Origin: Vitrella brassicaformis CCMP3155
Taxonomy: Eukaryota > Protista > Chromerida
Assembly: GCA_001179505.1 (NCBI GenBank)
Contig: CDMY01000297.1
Coordinates: forward strand, 1 to 64,000
Length of the DNA stretch: 64,000 nt
Direction of reading: 5' to 3'
The stretch's first letter is position 1; every line of letters starts with the position of its first letter. Below the pieces are notes generated by a model. It was not told where the DNA came from, made no database searches, and was given only the letters and a program-made list of their open reading frames with translations. A program made the translations under genes and the position numbers. Below are positions 43,776 through 55,272 of this stretch, piece after piece.

Positions 43776-46700
43776 TCACGGCTGCACCTCCGGTTCGCCA
43801 TATCTCTCCAGGTTGGGCGTCTTGAGTGCCGACGCCAGCACCGGGGTCCCCTGCGGGTTTGTGCTGTCGAGCGACACCAGCTTGCCAGACACCTGACGGA
43901 ACACCTGACGGGTGGCGGCGTCGGACAGGCAGGCAGTGAGCCGCTCGTGGTTGGCGGACACGTCGCGGCACAGCAGCCACAGGGCGGCAAACGCTGAGAA
44001 AGAAATGGACGGACGCATAAAAGGATGGCACACAGAGGACACACACAAAGGGAGACTAACTGACGTACCTTGTTCCTGGAGTTTGATGTCGTCGAGGTGT
44101 TTGGTGAGTATCCCCAGCAGCACCTCGACGGCGCCCTCCTCGCCAGCACGCCGCTTGTACTCCTGCAGAGAGAATGCTGTGCTGCCCCCAGCACCCGGAA
44201 CCTTCTCACTCTGGCACAGTGTTGCGATCAGCCCACAGGCTGCAGACAGATAAGCCACAACAACACACAACACATGTGTCGAACGAATGTCTCGAAGGTT
44301 TGATGCAACCTAAGGTGTCTCTCATGTCACGTACCGAATATGTGGAGCCAGTTGGCATTGGGCCACTGCTTGAGCGCTCGGAGCACCGCACTCACCGCCC
44401 CCGCCTGCCAGGCGGCCTCCAGCGCGCGGCCGTCCTCAGTGCACAGCCGCCACAGCGCCCCGCAGCCCCATATCTGCAGCTCCAAGTCTTGCGGGTAAGA
44501 CTGCAGCGCATCCGCCAACCCGGACACGCCGTTGCCTGCCAAGGCACGCTGCCGGTTGGAGGGCTCGGCGAAAAGGGCGAAGAGGGCGCCGCAGGCCTTC
44601 CAGTGGAGCTCTGCCTTCTTGGTGTGGGTGCGCATGGCCCCCAGGATGGCCTCGACGGCGCCGGCCTTGCCCGCTGCGACGCTGTTGCCGGCGTTGTGCC
44701 TGCAGAGGCTCCAGACGGCGGCGCATCCCCACAGCTGGACGTCGGGGTGGAGCTGCAGCTTCTGCAGGTTGGTCACCACCGTCTGCAGGGTGCCCTCCAG
44801 CCGGCCCTCCTCCTTGGCGCGACGCGTCTCGTCGCTGAAACACATACACCAGATGGCCCCGTAGCCTGCAGTCATTAATTAGCATATCAAAGGGGAGCGA
44901 AGCGGGAGGAATACCGATCGGTCGATGTAAGCAACGTGTGTCTGTCTGTGTCTGTCCTGGGTGTGGCCCACCACCGCCCCGCCCGTCCTTACCGTGCCAC
45001 TGGACATGTGGGTCGTCGGGCCACATCCTGAGCGACTGAGTGAGGATGCGCAGGGCGCCGTGCTGCCCCGCCTGCAGCTGGTTGGGCAGACAGTGACGCG
45101 TCATCGAGAACAACGCCCCACAACCTGCACACCACACCACAGCACATGACACACCAGACGACGGACACACACACACACACACATGACAGACAGACATGGT
45201 CATGTCTGTGTGTGGCTGGCTGATCGGTGTGTGCGGTGCCTCCTCACTGACCCACCCCATATTTGTATCTGCAGGTTGTTGGGGTTGTGTTGGATGGCAT
45301 TGAGGACGGCCTTGATGGACGACGCCTCGCGTGCCCGCGTCTTGTTGGGGGCCACCTGGAAGCAGAGGCTGAACAGGGCGCCGCACCCGATCCACTGCAG
45401 GTCCTCCCTGTCGGCGTGCTTGAGCAGCGCCCGCGTGACGGCCTCGACGGCACCCAGCTGCCCCGCCTGCTCGATCCGCTGCGTGTTGTACTTGCAGATG
45501 CTCCACATCGCCGCGCATCCTGCACTCACACGCCCACATCATCATTGAGACCGGCTCTCGGGTGTGAGATGTGACTGACCTTTGGTCTGGAGGAAGACGT
45601 CGTTAGGGAACCGGTTGATGGCGCTGACGATGGCGCCGAGACCCCTGCTGACGTCGAGGACTTCGTTGCTGCCCTTCTGGAGCAGACGGCTGCGCGAAAA
45701 AAGCTCGGCCAGCCGCAGGCAGCCCTCCAGCTGCGTCGTGCGATCGTCCAGCGCGTAGATCATCGAGTCCACCAAGCGATCAAACGCTGCCTGGAAAATC
45801 AAAACAACAGACACAAGATCAATCAAAGTCGTCCCGACTGATGTGATGTGGTCTGGTCTGGTCTGTCTCACGTACCACTTCGGCCGGTCGGTCCTTTGGC
45901 GGCAGTGCAGGTGACTGTGCCACGGAGTGGCTGCCGGGCGTTTGGCTCCCAGGAGAGACAGAGCCGCCGCCCTGCTGCTGCTGCTGCAACTGCTGTGGCT
46001 GTGGCAGGTGCGCCTGGTGGGGCTGCTGATGCTGCCCCACCAGCTGGCCGGCCACATCCTTGGCCTCTCCTGCCCCTGCCTGCCGGGCCGCCGGGGGCGG
46101 CAAGTTCACAACCGGCGCACTGTTGGCGCCCCTTGCCGGCGTCAGCAGCTGAGCTGTTGTTCCCCTGGCCTGTTGCTGCTGCTGCTGCTGCTGGTGGATT
46201 TGCTGCTGGATTTGCTGGATTTGCTGCTGCTGTTGTTGGATTGGCTGTGGGTGCGCCGCAGCAGGTGGCGGGATGACAGTGGGCGCCCTATAGGGGGATC
46301 TCTGTGGCGGCGGGAAGGTCTGCAGGGGCATGGCTGGTGTGTGTCCACCGGGAGCGGGAGGCAGGGGCAGGGGGCGGCCGCCTGGGTTGGCGGTGCGCGA
46401 GAGGATGGGTGGGGGCGGAGGGGGCTGCCCATGGTTGGTCAGGGTCGTCAGCCCCCTGCCGGCGCCGGGGAACTGGGACTGCGGCAACCCGGGAGTCTTG
46501 CTGCGGGCCAGGAATGGCGATGTCATCGACGACCATGACGTGGCGCTGATGCCTGCACACACAACACAGACAGACGATTGACGGCACATGTGGTTGCGCA
46601 TGGCATGTGTAGTTTGTCCAGCTGGCCCACCTCTGCATAGGTTGGCCACATCTCTGTCGCCGAGTGCCTGGAAGTCAGTCGGCGGCCGGTGCAGCTGCTT

Positions 46701-49700
46701 GCCGAGCTCGTGGATGGCCAGGCTTCGCAGCAGCTCGCTCCCGAGCATCCCCGTGACCTCACTCGGCAGCAGACCCAGCTCCACCACGGCCTGCCTCAGC
46801 GCCTCGAAGTCACCCAGACCCGCCTGTGGCGACGCGAAAGGCACCTCCTGCTCGTCTCCCCGCACCGACATGTTGTCGCCGTAGCCGCCCACGAGCTCGG
46901 CCCTCTTCTGCGCCTCCCGCTGCCACTTGGAGGGGCGGAATGCTCGTCGTGGAGGGATGCAGATGTGGCAGTGGCCGCAGAGGGTGCCCCACCTGCACAC
47001 CTTCTGGTGGTGCCAGTAGCACCGCTTGTTGGGGCAGGTGCCCTCCTCGGGGTTCAGGTGACCGATGGACCCCACGTTGATCGGCACGCCCTGGTAGTTG
47101 CGTGGAAGACGCTCGCGGATCACTCCGGCCAGGGCGATGAGCTCACGGCGATCAAGGTCTGACAGACCGAGTGAATGGAAGAAAAAATGGGTCGCTGGGC
47201 TGGGTGGCATGGCAAGCAGTGTGTTGGCGTTCGTTGCGTTGCGTGCATACCAGCTTGGTGTTTGTGTCCCATGGTGACGACTTCTCTGTTGTCCTCAACC
47301 TTGATATGGATGACCTGCTGGAAGAGGACAGGCGGGATGGTGCTCTCCTTGTCGCCCAGCTGCTGCACTATCAGCGCCATGACCACCACCTCTCGCTCGC
47401 TGCTCGTCGGCTCCAGACTGTTCTGCACCTGCGACAAGGCCACGTGGCTGCTGTCGTCGCCCGTGGTCGATGTGGATGCCGGTGTGGCGGTTGCCGCGTC
47501 GGGGGCCACCTTGGGGGACTGCAGGATGGCCACATTGATGACCTCCACCTTCTGACCCGTCATTGCATACTCCTACCAACAGAGACAGACAACACACAAG
47601 GGAGGGAGGGGAGGAGAGCAGGTGGTGGTCCTGGGTGGGGCGGGTGGGTGGCAGCTCGCTGTGCTGTCTTATTTACGTGGTGTATGCGATGTTTCCATCG
47701 TGTGGGGTCGATCATGCTGCTGTAGGACGTCTCAGGCTTCTGCTGCACCTCCTCGATCCACTCCTTCTCGACGCCCTCACCGTCAGTCACCCGACGGTAC
47801 CCCACACCCACAGGGGCACTCGCCGCGTCAGCTGACGGCCCATACGCACCGTAAAACGCCGCACGTTGCTGCCGAGCCAACGCACTGCCAGAGGATGACC
47901 ACTGGGCGGCAGCGGCAGCGGCATGAGCATTGGCGTGAGACGGTGGCGGGGGCGGCCAGCCTCCTCCCTCTGGCTCGTCGTAGTCGGGCGGAGGGGGGTT
48001 GCTGCCGCTCTCATGTGGTGAGGTCGTGTCCTTGACCGTCGACAGGACGTTGTGCAGGAGCCTGGATGGGTCGTGGGTGCTCCCGCCGGGTGCCGACGCC
48101 GACGCCCCCTGTGTGAGGGGCGCGATCAGGTGGCTCAACTCGTCAACCTTCTGCACGCCACACCACAGCACATACCAGAGAGAGACAACCATGTGTCTCA
48201 CCATCCATGAGTGTCTGTGCTGTGTCAGTGTGCCCATCTACCTTTTCAGGCAGGAATATGTCGGCTCCTCTCTGGACGAGTTCTGCCACGACGTGCTGTC
48301 GTTCCTTGGCGATTGCGAGGTGGAGGGGCGTCCTGCCGGCGTGGTCAATGATGTTCTTCTCCGCACCGTGGTCCAGCAGCAAAGTCACCAGTGACAGAGA
48401 CCCGCTCTCGGCAGCCCAATGGAGTACTGTCCGCCCATCACGCTGACAGACATGACAACCACACACACGCACAGACACGCACACATATACAGACCACACG
48501 TGCTCGCCTGTCCGGTCCGCCCGGTCTCGCGTGTCAAGTCCCTCCCTCCCGCACCTCGTGTTGCAGATTGAGGTCAATCTTCTGAGTGAGTATCCTCCTG
48601 GCGCCCTCGAGGTCGCCCGTCAGCACGGCCGCCATCAGCAGGGCATACGATGTGTGTCCGTCCACCTCACTGCCCCCCCCGCCCACACCCACAGCGGCCT
48701 CCGCGGCTCTGTCCTCCTCTGCCACCTGGCCGGCCACGGCCAAGTCATGGCGCGAGCTGTGTGTAGGTGGGGAGCTGTCTTTGTCCTGGTGCGAGCTGCC
48801 GGTCTGAGAGTGGGAGACGAAACTCCCATCGACAAAAAATCCCAGGGATGGGTCGCTCGCCCCGCCGCCACCATGAGCCACGGGCGACCAGTCGGTGCTC
48901 GCTGCCCTGTTGTCAGACTGGGGCGACCCGTGGGGCACTGGCGTGTCTTCGTCCAGCGATAGGGACCCGTTGAGCCACGCCAGCAGGTCCTCTGGACGAT
49001 TCGACGACGGGGGGGTGGCGTGGGTGGACTGTGGCAGCTGAATGAATCAACGAAGAACGGACATATGCACACGCGTCAGTCCTTTCGCCTGTTCATTCTG
49101 TCTGTCTGTCTGCCTGCCTTGATGACCTACCGTACCTACCGCATTGTTGGCCGTGTCCCGTTCAAGTGTGGTGTCGTCGTTTCTGTCCCTGTCGCCCATT
49201 CCGCCCATTCCAGGGGGCACGTGAAAGAAACTCGACGTGAAGGCCGCCGGACGCGCCAGGCCACTCACGCCCCAGTCGTCCCCCCCGATGCTGTTGCTGC
49301 TGGCCGTGGCCTGCACGGTGCTGCCCGTCACCCGCAGGTGGTCGGTAGACCGGATGGATGCGGTCTCGACGGGCAGCGTCTGGGTGGAGGGGCTTATCTG
49401 CGATGGTATGTTGGGGATGTACGAAGTGTCGGTGGCCAGGGGGGTGGCCGGCGGCACGTGCAGAGACGGGATCGAGTCGTCCTTCAACGGCGAACGGGGA
49501 GGGGGCGTGATGGCGCGATCGAAGTCGGAGCTCTGACACAACAGACAGAGGCCAGCCAACCATATTTGTCCACCTTACCTTCGACACACGCACAGCACAT
49601 TCAGTCAGGTTAGTGTGCACCAACCTTAGGTGGCGAGTTGGCATTCCCCTGGTCTCTTGGCGTGACGCCCTGGCCGTCTGACCCCCCCGCACCGCTCCCG

Positions 49701-49759
49701 CCACTGCCCACCATCCCGCCCGCAGACAGGTCGTCGGAATTCGACCTGTCAGAACCCAT
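43776..49759 (-). CDS. Large multidomain protein: low-complexity N-terminus - ankyrin repeats - CCCH-like zinc finger - Pro/Gln-rich linker - armadillo repeats (~13 exons, roughly 1,600 aa)
   Basis: The junctions I checked from MGSDRSNSDD (49759) onward keep the frame. ANK: GRTVLHWAAESG and GRTPLHLAIAKE. Zinc finger: CYWHHQKVCRWGTLCGHCHIC. Then polyQ and repeated ARM units (GAVEAV...LQWIGCGALFSLC; QLWGCAAVWSLC; HWKACGALFAL; QIWGCGALWRLC). Confidence 0.75.
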
Positions 49760-50536
49760 TCGTTAACGACGATGAACCGGATGAACTCGACTCGCACCCA
49801 CCACGGGAATCAACCAACCCACCCCGCACAACACTCACTAGATAGACAGACTGATAGACAGCTCCACAATCAGTCAGCACGGCACCCTCTTGGTCGGTCC
49901 ACGCAAGAGCAACGCCACTAGAGTCCCGATGCTCCCTCGGTCGCTCGGCCTTGATTGCTGGCCGTCGGACGGCAAGGTGTGCACTGCTCCCACCGGCGGA
50001 CTGCAGCCCTTCAACTGCAAACCTCCAAGATGCCGCGGCGGTTGATGTTGCTGATGTGGCTGGCCCGCGTGATGTCCGGAAGCCGCCACACACGGATGAA
50101 GTGACGAACGTTTCTTCGTCAGCTGATCAGCAGATAGATCCCTCCCTCCCTCCCCTGTTGCTCAGATGTCTCGCTCCCCGACGGCGGACGCGGCGTTGTT
50201 GGCCACTTGTCGTGTTGCCGACCCGTCAGCCCTCCTCCCTCAGATCAGATGCTCTCCCCGCTGCTTAACGGAATGATGGATGCCTGATGCTGGATACACA
50301 CGGTTGGGCCAAGCAGATATATGCCACACTTCTGGCCTGCTCTGCCTTGACACTCTCGTGTGCTGGTCCTCCCCAAGAGGCGCCCAAGGAGCTGCTGTCT
50401 TTCGGGCCTAGCTCGCACCGGAAAAAGAAACCGAGAAGTTGAGAGATTTGCTCCTTGATTTGGAGAGCTCACGCCGACTGTTCGGCTCGTGCCTCTCTCT
50501 ACTCAACAGTCACACACAAAGTAGAACAGTCGGAGC

Positions 50537-52144
50537 ATGGCAGCAATGGCTGTGCTGCGTGATGACCGCACTCGGCTGTATGAAGAGGTCGCATTGGAGC
50601 TCCACGAAAAGGAAAATGGATTCGCCAAAGGTAGCAACCTTGGAAAGACGAAAGACGATTCGAAACAGCATCCTGCATTCACTTCACTCGCGGCCTCTTT
50701 TGAAATCGCTTGCGCTCTCTCTCTCGCTGGTTGTCTGTCGCGGTGTGCATTCCTCATTCAGAACTCCGGGCCTTCGAGAAGCCGTCGAAAGGCGAGCCTT
50801 CTTGTCGGCGAGGCGAGACCGTCGATTCCGTCACAACAGGTGGCGGCGAGGGAGTGTCTGAGGCTGACGGTGCGTCGCCGCTGATATCGCGGTGCGGGAC
50901 GCTGGAGCTCGACATGAGGAAGAGGGAGGCCTTCAAGCTCTCCCGCACGGCCAGTCTCGACTGCGGACCCGTCCTCGAGTATGTCGATGGAAGCACTAAC
51001 GTCCTCACGGTCAATGCACAACCTGGCAACACTGGAGGTGAGCAGACAGGGCAGAAACACAATCACACAGACACCGACACTCATGCTTGCTCGGCTCGCC
51101 TGTGTGTCAGGCACCGTGTGTTGTGAGTACCCATCTGATGCCGTTCGGCCGTCGTTCCGCAGCGGGAGTGCGTCATTCGTGACGCTGGAGCCGCTGCCAG
51201 AAGAGGACAACGAAAACGACCTAGACGACGGCAACAAGGCCATCGTCACCCGGGCTGGTGCTGGTGCGGCCATTGGGGAGGAGAATGGGGTGGATGCGGC
51301 TGACAAGGAGGAGGTTGATGACGCCGAGACGCGTGAGATGCAGGAGCTGGCCAATGAGTTGGTGGGCGAGTGGGAGGTCGTCCCGCAGCTGAGTGAGTCG
51401 CTCGAGACGTTTCTCAAGGGTGAGTGAGAGGGAACACACATACAGTCTTCTCTCCTAGGCTGTGGTCCTACTGCATTTGCTGGCGTGTCTTTTGTCTGTG
51501 CTTCTGCAGCCATGGGCGTTGTGTGGTGGAAGCGACGCTATGTCGGCCGGCTGGCCATGTCCATCTCCAACAAACTTCAGGCAAGCAAGCAGCGACGCAC
51601 GAACTGACAGACAGACAGACAGACAGACAGACAGAAGAGCACAGCACCTCGATATCCATTCCATCACTCCTTCTTCCCTTTCACAGGACCCACTGCATCT
51701 GCACTGCACGGCGTTCTTCCCGACTGGCCCCCGCACGCTGCCGCTGCACCTGGACGGCGACCCATACGACGTCTCGGACCCCGACTGCGGCTATTGGCGG
51801 GGGATCTGCCGGGCTGGGAGCGCCCCTCACGCCTGGGGCTGCGGTGAGGGCGAGAGGTGTCTGCAGAGCATCCGCACGAGCAAGGTGGGGGAGGTCACCG
51901 AATGCCGCCGAGTCTTCGCCGACAAGCAGTACGGCTACGGCAGGATACTCAGACTCCAATACAGGTACGGGAGCAGAGAGACCGAGGGGGACGAACAGAA
52001 TGTCATGTGTGTTGTCGCCGCGTGTGTGTGTGCAGATTGGTGCCCAAGGACGTGAGCAAGCAGCCCATTGTCGTGAACCGGATATGCAGGCCGAGACTCG
52101 GAAGCCCGCAATCAGGCAAACGGGCAAACACCGTGTATTTTTGA
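50537..52144 (+). CDS. Protein with an acidic N-terminal region and a C-terminal FABP/lipocalin-like (calycin) domain; 6 exons
   Basis: LVGEWEVVPQLSESLETFLKAMGVVWWKRRYV matches the FABP N-terminal pattern G-x-W...SE-x-F/L-x2-F-L-K-A-x-G-V. Splice phases are consistent, including one GC-AG intron (51581-51686). Confidence 0.65.
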
Positions 52145-52987
52145 CTGACACCTACGCACAAACTCGCACAATGGGGATGGCGGCTTGACTTTTGTGCGTT
52201 GCGTGAGGAAGCTGGGCTGCCTGGATGGATGGGTGTTTGGGTGGCTCTTATCTGAGGGACGGGATCCAGCAGTCAGTCAGTCAATCAATCAGCCAATGGA
52301 TGGATGGATGCCGACACGGCGTAGTTTTTCTGTTGAGTGAGTGAAGACATGCCTGTGTAGTGTCTCGCCTGTTTCTGTCACATATTGTTCTGGCCCATAC
52401 TGACTCATCCGCCATTTGTCGCTTCTCGTGTGTTTGTTGTCCTTTCTCGTCGTCACACCCATCTGATACCCACCAACCGACTGTCTGTCTGTCTATCTGT
52501 CTGTCCGTGCGGCTTGTCTGACTTCACATACGTGCTTTGTGCGTGTGTGTGTCCTTGGGGTGTGAGAGTGTGTGTGGGGGGGAGCATAGGCTGGAGTGAC
52601 TGACTGGGTGACTGGTTGACTGAGTAGATCGGCATCATGGAATGGATGCATCACACACTGGCCTGGGTCGATGCATTTGGTTGTCGAACATGTTCGTACG
52701 TGGCGGAGGACACAGAGACAACTGCAGACCACTGACTGATTGAAGGGATTATTCGCGCTCCTGGAATTGTGCACAACAACAACAAACAACTGCATGCGGC
52801 GCGTGCAGCCAGCGGGAGACTCTGTTATTGTAGTTCGAGGTTGTTTCACGCGACCCGAACTCCTTCCAAAATGCCAGCACATCTCCTCACGGTGCATCTG
52901 TCTGTCTGTTTGTCTGCATTTCTCTTAGATCCACGTGATGCCTTCACCTATGCTGTCGAAACGGGGAGGTGTCAGTGAGCGTGGAGG

Positions 52988-53522
52988 ATGAGGACTCTGC
53001 TTGCCCTCACCATCCTGGCAGCTGCCTCTGCCACACGGCCTTGCTCGTTCCTCACCCGCACAGGCGCCAAATCCAGCAGGCCAGAGCAGCGCCTGACCGT
53101 CAAGATGCGACCCACACATCGCCAGACTAGCCGCCTCTATGCGACTGTAAGCCAAGAGAGCACACCGCATTGATTCTCTGATGCGCATTGATTCATTCAT
53201 TTTGTGCTGCTCAGGACGACGCGGAGCGGCTTGATGCGGTGGCAGCGCTCGCTGCCTTGCCTTGCATGGACGTCGAGGCCCAAGTGGTGAGCGACTCATA
53301 CAGGACGCACGTGGTGTTCGCTGGTTCGGTCAATTGACCGACTGTCCGTCCCGCAGGTCCGGAAGCTTACGGAGCTGAGGGACAGGTTTGAGTCGGAGAT
53401 CCTCGAAGTCGAGAAATACGAGCCCGTATGGTCGAAGAAGGTTGAAGCGCTGCGGGACAGAAAGTACAGGACACATCCACACACGCACACACACGCAGGC
53501 GTGTGCGTCATGCGTGTGTGAG

Positions 53523-53577
<55 letters not shown>

Positions 53578-54378
53578 AGCCCAGACGACCCTGAAGTGCA
53601 GCGTGTGAGAATAATCTACGACATCATGCAGATTGCGAAACAGTCCTATGTGGCTAGTTCCGTCAGTGCACACAACACACAGCGTCACAGACGGACACAC
53701 ACATCGAGTAGCAAGCGTCTCTGATGTTGTCCATTCTGCGACAGATTTCGGTCTCGTCAGGCTGTGTGCCACCAAGGGTAAGTGAGATGCCGTTCATCTG
53801 CGCGCACGCACACACTGTGGGGAATGTGTCTGTCTCTGTGTCTGTCTGTCCGCTGGCAGGCAAGGCCCTCGGGATTGACGTGAAGTTTGATCGCAGAGTC
53901 ATAAAAGTGGTCTCCAAGTGGGCAGCCGAAGGGAAGCCTTTGGAAGTCAGGAAGGTGCTCACACAGACCGACCATGTGAGGCCTCAGAGAAGACACATAT
54001 CGCCAGCCGCCTCCATCTGTTTGATTGCCTTTCTCTGTGTGCATGGCACACACAGATGGGCTCGACGGTACTCCATTGGGCTGCATCTCAAGGCGACTCT
54101 GCAGCTGTGTCTGCGCTGTGAGAAGCACAGATGGCTGACTGACGCGAACATCTCATCCACACACTCTCTCCTCTGTGTCATTCTCAAAGGCTCGAGTGGG
54201 GCGGCGCTGCACTGCTCGACATCAAAAACAACAAAGTGAGTGCACACAGAGATTCCCACCATCGATGGTTCGAGTGGTTTTTGCTCATCGCATCTCATGG
54301 CAACAGGGCGAGAGGCCGTGGGACAAGGCGGTGGACAAGCCGGAGATCAGAGAGATCATGGAGAGATACAAGCAGTAG
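52988..54378 (+). CDS. Secretory/plastid-targeted protein with a C-terminal ankyrin tail from the local ankyrin family
   Basis: Signal peptide MRTLLALTILAAASA followed by an R/S/T-rich segment and unique exons (LRDRFESEILEVEKYEPVW). The gene then runs VLTQTDH-MGSTVLHWAASQGDSAAVSALLEWGGAALLDIKNNK-GERPWDKAVDKPEIREIMERYKQ*, with the same intron positions as 18261-19400 and 20205-21230. Confidence 0.6.
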
Positions 54379-55062
54379 GTCAATTCTCGATGCTGTCTAT
54401 GTGTGAGAAGCCTCCCTGACGGAACGCATCGCTGAGTGGCTGTGCAGACGCTCGCACACAGATTTGTCTGTGTGCGGGTATTTGAGAGACCGTAGAGTGT
54501 GAGACATTTTGGTCCATGTAGGAGGACAACTAGTGTATCTTGTGTGTCTTTTTGTGTGTTGGGCATTGCGTTGCCGGGGACTTCGCTGAGGCAAGCGACC
54601 GTCAGAGCACAGCTCGTTTCGATGCATCACTTAAAGCAGGGGGTTGTCGGTGGCATGATGCCCAAACACGCCTTCAACGATCGTTCACTTATGTCTCCTC
54701 ACGTTGCCGGTCGACCGACCGTCGGATATACATGTGAATCCATCGTACATGCCCAACACATATAAAATGCAGGCACCGACACATGGCACCGACACAGACA
54801 GACAACCTTGACACACAGGCGAGCTGCACACAGCAACCCGTTGGCGAGGATAGGATAGGATAGGACGTGCCCAGCCAAGGCAGGCCGGCAGGCCGGCAGG
54901 CACAGGCAGGAACGAGCCACCCCACAGACCCCCTCTCACTGCATCTACGCACTCGCATCATCGCCACCAGAAGGGCGCTAGCTGCTACCTACTGTATGGC
55001 ATGTACACCACCGCTCCCGCCCCAACCATCCATCCATCCATCTGACCCTCTGTTACGACGCC

Positions 55063-55241
55063 TTGTTCCCCTCTCTCTTGGCGAGGTCGTGGCACAGCTG
55101 CGGCGCCCCGCAACTCGCGCATTTCAGCCATGCGCATCTTGGAGTGCGGAACGCGACCTGGAGAGAGGGGCGCGCAGCCGGCCCTCGCCATACGCCGTCA
55201 CCCTCCCGCGAGTGTCGGTCACGCCCACCCCTGCACAAACA

Positions 55242-55272
<31 letters not shown>

